48,306 nt of DNA from a virus: the IMG/VR virus record IMGVR_UViG_3300015202_000001; one strand, given 5' to 3'. Below, piece after piece: positions 15,663 to 25,657 of the stretch. Position 1 is the first letter of the stretch. Every line of letters starts with the position of its first letter. The notes under the pieces are model-generated. The model saw nothing but the letters and a program-made list of their open reading frames with translations. It made no database searches and had not been told where the DNA came from. The translations under genes and the position numbers were made by a program.

Positions 15663-16028
15663 ATGAATATGACCACGATTTTTGTACGCCCTTCGAAACT
15701 GATGATTGCGAACAACAAAGTTTCGATTTTTGACACTGACACGGCGCATCATGAAGTTGCGTATTGGCTTGACCAGAATAGTTTGTTAATTGCTGGTAAC
15801 AAGAAACACCCAGAATATATTTACGAAGTTGCTGACACTGAATATGTTCGTGAGCGGATTGATGCGCACTTTCTTGATTTAGTCGAAACGGTTGACGCTA
15901 AGAAAGACGTTGTTTTTACCAATCGTCTTAATCCCGCCAACCCTGATTATGTTTTTGTCCCAAAAGAAAAAGTGCAACCTGAACCTATTGTTGTTGTCAA
16001 ACCCGAAAATGACAAGCAGGTTAAATAA
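15663..16028 (+). CDS. Hypothetical head-module protein
   Basis: ORF track; GGAG RBS. Confidence 0.7.
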   Translation: MNMTTIFVRPSKLMIANNKVSIFDTDTAHHEVAYWLDQNSLLIAGNKKHPEYIYEVADTEYVRERIDAHFLDLVETVDAKKDVVFTNRLNPANPDYVFVPKEKVQPEPIVVVKPENDKQVK

Positions 16029-16549
16029 TGACCACAGTTTTGACAATTGCGGATTATCCAGATATTCGCACAATTATAAGTGCAACGCTGATTGATATTT
16101 CAGATAGTGACTTAAACAGTGCATGTATTGTTCCAATTGTCAATGTGGCCTTCCTTGCAAAAGTTCCCGATTTTAGCGTTTTGATTGACCCTGACAAATC
16201 TTTAATCAAGAGTGCGGCGGCATATTATGCCGCCGCACTCACATCACCAATCTTTTTAATCCGCACAGGACGAAAATACAAATTGGGTGATTATGAAGAA
16301 CAAGACAGCAAAACGGATTGGGTAAAACTATCTGATTGGTATATGCAACTAGCAAGAAGGTTCTTATTAACTTCAAGTATTTACAAGCCCATATTTAGAC
16401 GTAATTTATTTACTTCAACTGGTGTAACGTCAAGCGGAAGTAATGTTCCTTATGATTTTACTCAATGGTTTTCACGTATCAGACCGCGTGTTTTTAGTTG
16501 GGCTTTAACTGGCGGTCTCAATGCTTTAGATTGGCAAACTAGTTTATAA
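16028..16549 (+). CDS. Head-tail connector/adaptor-like protein
   Basis: Position; TAATG coupling. Confidence 0.55.
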   Translation: MTTVLTIADYPDIRTIISATLIDISDSDLNSACIVPIVNVAFLAKVPDFSVLIDPDKSLIKSAAAYYAAALTSPIFLIRTGRKYKLGDYEEQDSKTDWVKLSDWYMQLARRFLLTSSIYKPIFRRNLFTSTGVTSSGSNVPYDFTQWFSRIRPRVFSWALTGGLNALDWQTSL

Positions 16550-16561
16550 GGGATTAATAAA

Positions 16562-16993
16562 ATGGCAGATATTACCGTAAGCGCTGCTGGTGTTGTTTCA
16601 AATACCACTTATACGATTACTCAAACGGGCATTGCTTTCTCGGCAATTTCAGCGGGACAATTGGTTTATGCTGATGCGGCAAACTCATACGGCTTGCGTC
16701 CTGCATCGGCTTTAACGTCGCAAGCAAGCTCACAAGTTGTGGGTATTGCGTTGAATAGTGGTGGTGCTGGTCAACCAATCAAATACGCAAGCTCTGGTGA
16801 CATTACAATGACTGGTACGGCTTTAGGCGTCGGAATTCTATACGCATTGTCAGGCGCAACTGCTGGTTCATTTTGTCCAGCCGCTGACTTGACTTTATCG
16901 ACGGCAACCAATTACGCAACGATTATTGGCGTTTCGACTTTGGCAACGGTTTTGCGTTTGAGTATTACGGCAGCGAACATAATCAAGGTTTAA
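16562..16993 (+). CDS. DUF2190-like capsid decoration/cement-type protein
   Basis: VVGIALNSGGAGQPIKYASSGDITMTG pattern; Ala/Gly/Thr-rich. Confidence 0.45.
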   Translation: MADITVSAAGVVSNTTYTITQTGIAFSAISAGQLVYADAANSYGLRPASALTSQASSQVVGIALNSGGAGQPIKYASSGDITMTGTALGVGILYALSGATAGSFCPAADLTLSTATNYATIIGVSTLATVLRLSITAANIIKV

Positions 16994-17000
16994 TAACATT

Positions 17001-17444
17001 ATGCCGTTGGTCACAAACCCAAACGTACAGTTATTGTTGCGTCAAAATGTAATGGCATTTTTGACAGACACTTGTGATGTTGTGACTGAACTTCGCGCGC
17101 CAACACAAAACGGTAATTTTACGTCAAGTTGGGTTGTTGCTGAAGGTTCGCAACGTATACCATGTCGAATTGAACAAATCCAATTTCGTTCACAACAAAT
17201 CGAAGTTTATGACGAAAAAGTTATTATTTTAGTCATATTCAAGATTTATTTTCCATTTGATGCACCTGTTGCGATTAACCGAAAGGTTCGCATTAACGGC
17301 GGTCAAGTTTATCAGGCGCGCGTTTTGGACGACGATATGTCACCACACAGTCCAAAAGACACGCATTACAATTTCAGCACTGGCGATTTTAGTAAAATTC
17401 AAGCGGGCATTTACAAAATGGGTCATTATGCCAGAATTGATTAG
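17001..17444 (+). CDS. Head closure / head-tail joining protein
   Basis: Position in connector block. Confidence 0.5.
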   Translation: MPLVTNPNVQLLLRQNVMAFLTDTCDVVTELRAPTQNGNFTSSWVVAEGSQRIPCRIEQIQFRSQQIEVYDEKVIILVIFKIYFPFDAPVAINRKVRINGGQVYQARVLDDDMSPHSPKDTHYNFSTGDFSKIQAGIYKMGHYARID

Positions 17445-17826
17445 CGCAACGTTTGTAATAAGACAGAACATTATCGAGCGCATTAGAAATTCAGTAAACA
17501 ACAGCGCAGCAGAAGCAGTACAAGCTGCTTCACAAAGTTTTATTGATGATTATGTCCGTGCGAATTGGTCTGGAAGTGTTTCCGAACCTGGGCAACCACC
17601 TGCAATTGACACGGGTGCTTTAGACCAATCTTTTGAAATTAGCGATGTAAGTGGTTTTTTAAGGACTGCATACAAAGTAACTTCAAATGACGCTGAAGGT
17701 AAATTAATGTCATTGGAATACGGGTCAATTAAAATGTTAGCAAGACCATTTTTCGAACCTGCTGAGAGAGAATTCTCACAGGATTACAATGGTTTGCTAT
17801 CAGGAAAGATCAGAATTAATGACTAG
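17428..17826 (+). CDS. HK97 gp10-family tail-completion/neck protein (start moved to MPELIS)
   Basis: SEPGQPPAIDTGALDQSF motif typical of the gp10 family; 17-nt overlap with the upstream gene. Confidence 0.65.
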   Translation: MPELISATFVIRQNIIERIRNSVNNSAAEAVQAASQSFIDDYVRANWSGSVSEPGQPPAIDTGALDQSFEISDVSGFLRTAYKVTSNDAEGKLMSLEYGSIKMLARPFFEPAEREFSQDYNGLLSGKIRIND

Positions 17827-18220
17827 TCCAAATGTTTTGATACAAGCATCTTTAATACAAGCATTATCTCAGTTAAAAGAAACTGTACCTGGATTAACAG
17901 TTTGGCACATTCAAGCCGGAACTAGCACAAAATTCCCGTACATTTCGTTAAATATGCAAAGTGGCGGGACGGTAAATACTAGTCCGCGTGATAGTTTTGA
18001 AGCAAGTTACAAAGTAATGTGTTTTTCGGATGATGCAGACCAATCAGACTTCATTGGTGGACTGGTTCGTGATTTATTTCACAAAACAACACCACAATTA
18101 CAAGGTGGTTGGAATTGTTACTATTGCAAAGAATATAAACAAATGCAGTTCACATCGAACGTACAAGGTAATCCTGTTTACGCTTGTGGTTCATTTTTCG
18201 AGATTAAAACAGACCATTAA
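17819..18220 (+). CDS. Tail terminator-like protein (start MTSPNV, ATGACTAG overlap)
   Basis: Position before the tail tube. Confidence 0.5.
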   Translation: MTSPNVLIQASLIQALSQLKETVPGLTVWHIQAGTSTKFPYISLNMQSGGTVNTSPRDSFEASYKVMCFSDDADQSDFIGGLVRDLFHKTTPQLQGGWNCYYCKEYKQMQFTSNVQGNPVYACGSFFEIKTDH

Positions 18221-18234
18221 AGGGTTTATAAATT

Positions 18235-18651
18235 ATGGCAGCTACTAACCGTTATACGGGTACAAATTGCACTATCGTGTTTGGTACGACTACTATTAGC
18301 AACGATTACACTGAAGTCTCTATGGATTTTAGTGTTAAAACTGAAAGTCGTGTTGCTGGTAACGATACGGACGAAAGCTTCAACGTATTGTACAGGAAGG
18401 GTAAAGGTAGTATCAAGTTTTTTGATACTGCAACTGCGGGTGTAACGATTACTCAGGCGATGTTGCCTGGATCATCCGGCAACTTGTATATTTATCCGAA
18501 GGGTATTACGTCTGGTCAACCAATCATCGCGTTTCCAATTATTATTGAAAGCATGAAAATTCCGTTGACTTTTGACAAAAACGTTGTTCTTGATTGCGGT
18601 TTTATGAAAAACGGCGCATTCATTTCTGCTCCTGGTACTACTCAACCCTAA
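18235..18651 (+). CDS. Major tail (tube) protein
   Basis: Position; followed by a strong terminator-like hairpin and the chaperone genes. Confidence 0.65.
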   Translation: MAATNRYTGTNCTIVFGTTTISNDYTEVSMDFSVKTESRVAGNDTDESFNVLYRKGKGSIKFFDTATAGVTITQAMLPGSSGNLYIYPKGITSGQPIIAFPIIIESMKIPLTFDKNVVLDCGFMKNGAFISAPGTTQP

Positions 18652-18656
18652 TCAAG

Positions 18657-18703
18657 GCGGGTCTGAAAAACATTGTTTTTCAGACCCGCTATTTATTGTT
18701 TTT
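18657..18703 (+). terminator. Intrinsic terminator/attenuator after the tail tube gene
   Basis: 15-bp stem gcgggtctgaaaaac / gtttttcagacccgc, then tatttattgttttt. Confidence 0.75.
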
Positions 18704-18725
18704 ATAATACAAAAGGAATTTAATT

Positions 18726-19007
18726 ATGCAATTGTCTGTAGTTACAAACACAACTGGTATCGAATTAAAGACTTCCAATTGGCGTATGCGTCAATTAACT
18801 GAATGGTTCGATTACACAAAAACTGTAAACATTGTCGGAATTAACAAAATGATGGCGACAATTATCACTACGTGGGATTTTGTTGCAGAAGATGGTAGCA
18901 AACTCGACCCGTCCAATGTAGAAAGTTATTTAGAATTATTGCCGTCTCAGTGGAAGAAATGTCTCGAAACAATATCCACAGAAGTCACTAAGACTTTTTT
19001 GTCCTAG
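18726..19007 (+). CDS. Tail assembly chaperone (gpG-like)
   Basis: 93 aa immediately upstream of the tape measure; slippery site 4 nt before its stop. Confidence 0.75.
   Translation: MQLSVVTNTTGIELKTSNWRMRQLTEWFDYTKTVNIVGINKMMATIITTWDFVAEDGSKLDPSNVESYLELLPSQWKKCLETISTEVTKTFLS
18995..19001 (+). promoter_or_regulatory. -1 programmed frameshift slippery heptamer T_TTT_TTG
   Basis: Zero frame reads ACT TTT TTG TCC TAG; the -1 frame is open from 19001 to the TAA at 19202..19204. Confidence 0.7.
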
Positions 19008-19204
19008 TCGAACCTGTTTATATCATGGGAACTTTTGGTGTAATCGACTTGATTACAATTGATTTACAATTTAGGATTTTACGCGCAAAACTAGCTTATG
19101 ATACTGGTTGGACATTGGAATATATCGATGAGTTGAACCTTGTCGATTACGGTGATATGATTGCTTATAAAGAAGGTGTCGCTAAACTAGAAAGGATTGA
19201 TTAA
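19001..19204 (+). CDS. gpT-like -1 frame extension of the chaperone (G-T fusion); also has an internal ATG at 19025
   Basis: 67 sense codons in the -1 frame, ending in TAATG overlap with the tape measure start. Confidence 0.6.
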   Translation, partial: VLVEPVYIMGTFGVIDLITIDLQFRILRAKLAYDTGWTLEYIDELNLVDYGDMIAYKEGVAKLERID

Positions 19205-22200
19205 TGACCGTTTTTGCAGAATTAGAAGCGATTGTTAGTGCTGACACATCACAATTTGATAATGCAATGACGAGCATTGGCAATACAATTAGCGGCATTG
19301 GAGCTTCAATTGGTGTATTCGGTTCGGCGTTGTATGCTGTTGGAATGGGTTCATTGACATTGTTTGGCGGCGCGGCTGTGAAAGCCGCCGCCGCTGGTCA
19401 AGACGCAACTACATTACTAATAAACTCATATGATAACGTCAGCAAGAGTTTGACGCAAACATCTTCTACGTATGACCATTATATACAAACCCAAAATGGC
19501 GGCGTCAAGGAAATTAAAAACCTTACCGGAGAAGTGACGCGCCAAACTGAAGCGCTGGAATTAGAAAATGCGGAACTCGCAAATCACATCGGTTCTCAAA
19601 AAGGTGTACAAGACGCGATAGCTAAAACAACCTTCTTGTTAAGCTATTACAAACAAGAGCTTGCAAACGTAAGCGGAACGCACAAAGAGTTTGTGGCAGG
19701 CCACCAAACAATGGCTAAAAGTATGGGAATAAGTTTGCAAGCGTTGGAAGATTTATCGTATGCGCTTGAGAAAAACACGCGGTTTTCCCACAATGAAGTG
19801 CAAGAAGTCGAAAGTGTTATACTTCGTTTCAATGGTGCGAGCGCCGACACGCCAAAATTTACAAAAACTATTTTGGATTTAGCAACTGCAATGGGAGTTG
19901 ACGCGCATACAGCCGCAATAAAATTAGGCGAAGCGTATAAAAACCCCGCTGCCGAATTAAGTAAACTACAAGCTATTGGCGTCATATTCAGCGCTCAGCA
20001 AACGCAACAGATTAAAGACTTTACGAAAAACGGTGATGCTGTAAGTGCAATGAATATTATTATGGAACAACTTACAAAGACTTTTGGCGGTGCGTCTGAA
20101 GCAATGGGCGGCACGTTCAACGGTAAGTTGACTATCCTGGGTAATCTTGTAAACACTGTTTTGCAGGGTGTTGGTGAGAAATTGTTGCCAACATTATCAA
20201 AATTTCTCGACTTTTTGATTAATATTGCTGGTCAAACGACCAGTATGGATTTTACGCCTGTTTTAGAGTTTTTCGCAAAATTAGCCGCATCAGGCGCAAC
20301 TATTGCTTTAATAGGTAGTGCATTTTTGGCAGTGGGTTTAGCAATTTCTGCTGTTGGACTTGCTGTTGGTTTATTACTATCACCATTCGCTATTGTTATT
20401 GCATTTTTGGCTGGAATGGCTATTGAGTTTGCAAAGAATTTTGATAATATTCGGAATAAGGTTGTCGAAGTTATTGGTATAATCAGCGAACAAATATCTG
20501 CTGTAACGGATGATATTAAAAATTTTGTCGATATTTTAACAGGTCAAAACTTGGTTCTTGGGCCTAAATTTGAGAATACACATCACAAAACGGCTGGAGA
20601 CCAAAACCAAGAAGACCAACCTGAGCAGAAAACAAAACTTAATTTACATCCCGACGTACAATTCCGTGGCACTGAAGGTCAAACTATTTTTGATAGGTTA
20701 AAAACCGCCATTGCGGAAGTTGCGCCGCAATTCACCGAAGATGTTAAAGATATTATTAAAAACGCAATAAGCAATGCGTTGCAAATTAAAGTTTCTGATT
20801 TGTCAGTTTCAACAATAACTGGCGCGTTGTTGACAATTTTTCGCAATGGTTTTAATGATATGGTTAGTGATTTGAAAACCGCAGCGACTGGCGCAATAAG
20901 TCGCGCATTAGGAATTAAACCGGAAGATTTATCACTTAAAACAGTTGCGGATAGTCTTTTGGGTTCATTCGTCAATTTCTTATTTTTGGCGTCATTAGAA
21001 CTAAATGTGTTAAAACCAAAAGTCATAAAACTGATTGGTGACGCATTGGGAATTAAACCTGAAGATGTTTCGCTGTCAACAATTGCGACCGCGTTGTTCA
21101 ATGGCCTTCGCACTGCTTTAGAAAATGCGTTTGCACCATTAAAAGATAGAATAATTGTGATTATTGGTAACGCCCTAAACATCGCTCCGTCTGATGTTTC
21201 GGTCTCAACCGTAATAACTTCCTTGACGAATTCGTTTACAACTGCATTGGCTAATCTTGCTATTACCGTAAAAGCAATATTAACAGATGCTATAAGTAAA
21301 GCGCTAAATATAAAGCCGGAAGATTTATCAATTGGTACGATAGCCGCTTCGATTTTAACGCTGTTTCGCACTGGTTTAGACAACATTGTCGAAGATTTGA
21401 AAAAAGCGGCAAAAGATGCACTTGCCAAAGCATTGGGAATTAAACCGGAAGATTTATCACTTAAAACAGTTGCGGATAGTCTTCTAACTTCGTTTAATAA
21501 CTTTTTGTTTATGGCGTCACTTCAACTGTTTTTGTTGCGTCCTCATGTTTTGAAACTAATTGGTGACGCATTAGGGATTAAACCGGAAGATGTATCATTC
21601 TCGACAATTGCAACATCTTTGTTCAATAAGTTTCGTGATGCTTTAACCGATGCTCTTGCGCCGCTAAAAGATAAAATAATTTCACTCATTGGAACTGCAT
21701 TAAATATCGCACCGTCCGATGTTTCAGTTTCAACCGTCATAACTTCCTTGTCGAATTCATTTACAGTAGCTTTAGCGAATTTTATCCTCAACTTGAAAAT
21801 TAGTGTTACGGCTGCTTTAAGTAAGGCTTTAGACATTAAACCAGAAGATTTATCATTAACAACGGTTGGAATTAAAATACTAAATGGTCTTGTGGACGCA
21901 ATATCCGGCGGAGCTAATGCTGTTGCGACGCTTATCTTCACAGCCATTGTAAATAGTTTGAGCGTTCTCGCAAAGACTATATTTACAACTCAAGCTTCAG
22001 ATGCAATAAAAGTTGCTGTGGTACAAGCATTAGCAAATGTTTCAGTGGCGTTAACGGGAAATGATGTTGGTATTTTTAAGTCAATTATAGGTTATATTGA
22101 CGTTAATAAAGGCACTTTAAGCGACGGACTTAAAGACAAAATTTATCTGGTTCTAAACGACGCTATGAAAATCGCACCAGGTTCAGTTTCAATTGACGCT

Positions 22201-23274
22201 ATCAAAAAAGAGTTTGACGATGTATTTGGTAAATTAGGTGATAGCGTAAAAAAATCACTTGATATATTATCAACTGCTGATTGGATTGGTGCAATACGAA
22301 CTATTGTGTTGGTTGTTGTTGGCGTTTTAACTCCAATTGCAGATGCTGCTGGAAAAATAATCTCAGCAGGTTTACCGCTTGTTGCCACTGGAGTTAAAAC
22401 ATTAATCGACGCAATCGCAGCGGCTGGTCAGGGAGATTTTGGTAAAGCGGTAACAGTTATTGTTGCGAATATGCCGCAGGTAGTTCTTGCATTACTTGGT
22501 TTGAACCTTTTAAGTGGTGGTGCGATTTTGAAAATTGCTGAGGGCATAGGGGCAATGGGAGCTACTGCATTACCAGCATTAGCCAAAGCGTTACCAGGAT
22601 TAGCAGCATTAATTACACCTGTTACAGACGCATTGGGATTGTTTTGGGTAGCGGCTGCGCCAGTTGTTGTTCCAATCTCAGCAATTGCAGTTGCAATTGG
22701 TTTGATTTATGGATACTTTTCGGGTAATAAAGTAATTGTACAGGGCATTAACGATGTGCACGATGCGTTAATGAAGTTAGACCCAGTTCGTGATATTGTC
22801 GATGGAATTGCTAACGGTTTACAGTTCACATTAACTAACGCTATAATATCGTTAATGAGAATTTTGTCAGGTTTTATTAGCGATGTAAGGGACGTTGAAA
22901 ACGCTTTTGGAATACATACCGCGGATAAAGCTGCGGATGATGCTGCTGGTGCGCTTAAATCATTAGAAGCATTACAAGCTCGAACTGCGCATGATATTGC
23001 AGTTTCGGCTGGTGGTGGTCAACTTCCTTATGGTGACGGTGTAAGAGCGCCAAATGCACCAGCAGTGCCGTCAACTGCTGTACCAGGAACGCCTGTTGGT
23101 GGTAATTCTGGACAAAGTATTGGTGCGCAATCAATGGCGGCACAAAGTGCAGCGAATACGCATAACACAACCATTCAAAGCATTGTAATTCAACAAAGTC
23201 AAAAGTCTGCAAAAGATACATTTGATGATATTATTAGTGAGGCACGTTCGCGCGGTGTTAATCTAGGTTTTTAG
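19204..23274 (+). CDS. Tail tape measure protein (1356 aa)
   Basis: Size, position, helical Ala-rich repeats, hydrophobic segments. Confidence 0.92.
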   Translation: MTVFAELEAIVSADTSQFDNAMTSIGNTISGIGASIGVFGSALYAVGMGSLTLFGGAAVKAAAAGQDATTLLINSYDNVSKSLTQTSSTYDHYIQTQNGGVKEIKNLTGEVTRQTEALELENAELANHIGSQKGVQDAIAKTTFLLSYYKQELANVSGTHKEFVAGHQTMAKSMGISLQALEDLSYALEKNTRFSHNEVQEVESVILRFNGASADTPKFTKTILDLATAMGVDAHTAAIKLGEAYKNPAAELSKLQAIGVIFSAQQTQQIKDFTKNGDAVSAMNIIMEQLTKTFGGASEAMGGTFNGKLTILGNLVNTVLQGVGEKLLPTLSKFLDFLINIAGQTTSMDFTPVLEFFAKLAASGATIALIGSAFLAVGLAISAVGLAVGLLLSPFAIVIAFLAGMAIEFAKNFDNIRNKVVEVIGIISEQISAVTDDIKNFVDILTGQNLVLGPKFENTHHKTAGDQNQEDQPEQKTKLNLHPDVQFRGTEGQTIFDRLKTAIAEVAPQFTEDVKDIIKNAISNALQIKVSDLSVSTITGALLTIFRNGFNDMVSDLKTAATGAISRALGIKPEDLSLKTVADSLLGSFVNFLFLASLELNVLKPKVIKLIGDALGIKPEDVSLSTIATALFNGLRTALENAFAPLKDRIIVIIGNALNIAPSDVSVSTVITSLTNSFTTALANLAITVKAILTDAISKALNIKPEDLSIGTIAASILTLFRTGLDNIVEDLKKAAKDALAKALGIKPEDLSLKTVADSLLTSFNNFLFMASLQLFLLRPHVLKLIGDALGIKPEDVSFSTIATSLFNKFRDALTDALAPLKDKIISLIGTALNIAPSDVSVSTVITSLSNSFTVALANFILNLKISVTAALSKALDIKPEDLSLTTVGIKILNGLVDAISGGANAVATLIFTAIVNSLSVLAKTIFTTQASDAIKVAVVQALANVSVALTGNDVGIFKSIIGYIDVNKGTLSDGLKDKIYLVLNDAMKIAPGSVSIDAIKKEFDDVFGKLGDSVKKSLDILSTADWIGAIRTIVLVVVGVLTPIADAAGKIISAGLPLVATGVKTLIDAIAAAGQGDFGKAVTVIVANMPQVVLALLGLNLLSGGAILKIAEGIGAMGATALPALAKALPGLAALITPVTDALGLFWVAAAPVVVPISAIAVAIGLIYGYFSGNKVIVQGINDVHDALMKLDPVRDIVDGIANGLQFTLTNAIISLMRILSGFISDVRDVENAFGIHTADKAADDAAGALKSLEALQARTAHDIAVSAGGGQLPYGDGVRAPNAPAVPSTAVPGTPVGGNSGQSIGAQSMAAQSAANTHNTTIQSIVIQQSQKSAKDTFDDIISEARSRGVNLGF
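20764..21900 (+). repeat. 525-bp (175-aa) tandem repeat inside the tape measure gene, about 2.2 copies, each made of four ~40-aa AL-IKPEDLS units
   Basis: Unit starts at 20764, 21289 and 21814; stretches such as ggaattaaaccggaagatttatcacttaaaacagttgcggatagtctt are identical at 20911 and 21436. Confidence 0.85.
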
Positions 23275-23283
23275 TTTATTCAT

Positions 23284-23310
23284 GGGAAAAACGCCAGCGG
23301 CGTTTTTCCC
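23284..23310 (+). terminator. 12-bp hairpin gggaaaaacgcc / ggcgtttttccc after the tape measure (possible attenuator)
   Basis: Inverted repeat; no separate U-tract. Confidence 0.35.
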
Positions 23311-23324
23311 CATAAGGTTAATTT

Positions 23325-25655
23325 ATGCCAATAGCTTTTTATAGTCCCGAAACACCTGTTAAATATGTTGTCCGTGTAAATTGGGACGGTAATACAAACT
23401 GGACAGGCACAACAAACGATATAAGTTCATATGTGAAAAAAGTCACAATCGACAGTGGTTTTACAAATGATTTAGAACATATTGCGCATGTTGGTACTTG
23501 TGAAATAGTTGTCGATAACGTTTCCAAAACATTCAGCCCATTTAACTCTTCAAGTCCAATTGTGAATTATTTAGCACCAGGGAAATTCGTTGTAATATTC
23601 GCGGCATATCCGTCTGGTTTTTTTGACGGTTCAGTTTTCGATACGCTGAAAGTCAAACCAATATTTTCCGGCGTAATAAAATCCATTGAAATAATGAGCA
23701 ATACAAAAGGTTCAATGGAAGCAAAAATTATGTGTGAGGACTTTATTGGTATTTTATCACGTTCAAAAATAGATGTAAATCTTGGACAAAACGTAACATC
23801 CAACGAATTGATACAAATGTATATTGATGCTGCGTTCAACCAATTATCACTAAATTTTGGAATATCGTACACAGATCCGAATAATTGGAGAGTTGCAAAC
23901 GGAAATTCATTGGCAGTTTCTTGTTATTCTCAGGGACAATCTTCATTAGGGTTTAGTACGTTGACTACAAATGGTGTTTCTCCATTACGTAGTTTAGGTG
24001 GTTCGGTTTACTATTGGAGAACCACATTAACAGGAGCACCGAATGAAATTTTAATTGGGTCTAGTACCATAACATCAATTTATAATTTTTGCTGTGGTTA
24101 CAATAAAACCAGATATTGGTTGACACCAACTGGAGTTTATGATAGTGGTGGCGCTGGTGTTGGATATTCGACAAATTTTTATCAAATACCATATTTAATT
24201 TGCAATTATAATTGTTATGTTAGTAGTGGCGGCACTCAATCTGTCGCTATGAGTGTAGGTTTTGGAGGAATTCATCCTGTAACGATTGAAAATGGTTATA
24301 TATGCTTTTTGTCAACAGTTGCGGGAGGATCTTTTAGTTATAAAATTAATATAAATGGGACTATAATTGATGAAATTATTTTCCAACAAGGAGATGTTGG
24401 AAATGTTACTGGAAATCCTTGTCAAGCCATAACTGGAGCATTGCCTGCAATTGCAAACGGTATTTTTATGCCGTCACCGAATTACAATAACACTTATTTG
24501 TACGCTTCCGATGATGTTTCAGCGAGTAAAACAACTGCATTGGAAGCAATAAAGAAAGTTGTTGAGGCTGAAAACGGCAAGTTCTGGCAAAATGGTGCTG
24601 GTTATCTTCAATTTATATCATTAAAAGACATTGAATTGTTTAACAATGGTAACAACAACTTTGCTTCAAGAGTTGTTTATCGTTTAGGCGTAAAAGCAAA
24701 ATACACATCTACCATAAGTTATGACAAACAATTCAACGAAAGTCTGGTTAGTCACATTCCTCGTGCAACAACAGCAGCGAACGTTGTTGTTGCAAAATCA
24801 CCTACACAGATTGTTGTTCCAGGTCAATCCGGCGTTAAAGCATTTACTACAAAAATCAGATTAAATCGTTCGGGCGGTTCTGTTATTAAAAGGCTTAATT
24901 TTTCAGACCCTGCAACAGGCCAATTATGCGGAGCAATGAACTTATTGTTACCCCTTGTGGCTGGTACTGATTATACTGTAAATGAGCGTGCTGACGGTTC
25001 TGGTGTGGATTATACCGCTTACTCACCACAACAATTGCATTTTACATATACGGTTAATTCAAATTTTATTGAATTATACATAACGAACATCGCTTTGGGG
25101 CCACTTTACATAAGCAATTTACAAGTTCGTGGAACTGCAATAACCCATTACAACGAAATATCATATTCAGTTTATGGCGATGATATTTATACGCAAGCAT
25201 TAAAAACAACACATTCACATTCAATTAAATTACCTGTAGACGATAATTTTGCGCAATCACTTGCAAACTGGTGGATTATGAAATATAATAAACCAATTCC
25301 GAGAATAACAGATAAAATTGATTTTGGCAATGTGAGAATGATTTATCCACAAAACAATACCGGACGGATTGTAATTACCACAAGTGGATTGTCAATTGGA
25401 ACACTTGAAAGCTCACCAACTCCAGCAAGTGTATACGCGCCAAACTTATTTGATATTGTGCAATTGTCAGACCCGCAATTGGGTGAAGTGAACACATATT
25501 ATCAATTGTTAGGATACCATTATACGTTTTCAGAAGGCGGTGCATTGGATACACAATTCAAGGTAGAAAACACAATAACAAATACGTTTTATCAATTAGA
25601 TAATACAACATTCGGGTTATTGGACAATACGAACAATACAGTGTTAGGAATTTAA
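23325..25655 (+). CDS. Tail tip protein (Dit-like N-terminus fused to a large C-terminal domain)
   Basis: 776 aa directly after the tape measure; no separate Tal-like gene seen. Confidence 0.6.
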   Translation: MPIAFYSPETPVKYVVRVNWDGNTNWTGTTNDISSYVKKVTIDSGFTNDLEHIAHVGTCEIVVDNVSKTFSPFNSSSPIVNYLAPGKFVVIFAAYPSGFFDGSVFDTLKVKPIFSGVIKSIEIMSNTKGSMEAKIMCEDFIGILSRSKIDVNLGQNVTSNELIQMYIDAAFNQLSLNFGISYTDPNNWRVANGNSLAVSCYSQGQSSLGFSTLTTNGVSPLRSLGGSVYYWRTTLTGAPNEILIGSSTITSIYNFCCGYNKTRYWLTPTGVYDSGGAGVGYSTNFYQIPYLICNYNCYVSSGGTQSVAMSVGFGGIHPVTIENGYICFLSTVAGGSFSYKININGTIIDEIIFQQGDVGNVTGNPCQAITGALPAIANGIFMPSPNYNNTYLYASDDVSASKTTALEAIKKVVEAENGKFWQNGAGYLQFISLKDIELFNNGNNNFASRVVYRLGVKAKYTSTISYDKQFNESLVSHIPRATTAANVVVAKSPTQIVVPGQSGVKAFTTKIRLNRSGGSVIKRLNFSDPATGQLCGAMNLLLPLVAGTDYTVNERADGSGVDYTAYSPQQLHFTYTVNSNFIELYITNIALGPLYISNLQVRGTAITHYNEISYSVYGDDIYTQALKTTHSHSIKLPVDDNFAQSLANWWIMKYNKPIPRITDKIDFGNVRMIYPQNNTGRIVITTSGLSIGTLESSPTPASVYAPNLFDIVQLSDPQLGEVNTYYQLLGYHYTFSEGGALDTQFKVENTITNTFYQLDNTTFGLLDNTNNTVLGI

Positions 25656-25657
25656 TT

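Noticed and set aside
19647-23221. Minus-strand ORFs inside the tape measure gene (19647..19985, 20679..21428, 21543..21947, 22143..22388, 22955..23221)
   Set aside because: These are antisense shadows of an Ala/Leu-rich, internally repeated gene. They have no RBS, sit on the wrong strand for the operon, and mirror the 525-bp repeat.
25343-25351. Perfect DnaA box TTATCCACA
   Set aside because: It is a single occurrence inside the tail-tip coding sequence, with no clustering or adjacent AT-rich unwinding element, so it is likely chance.
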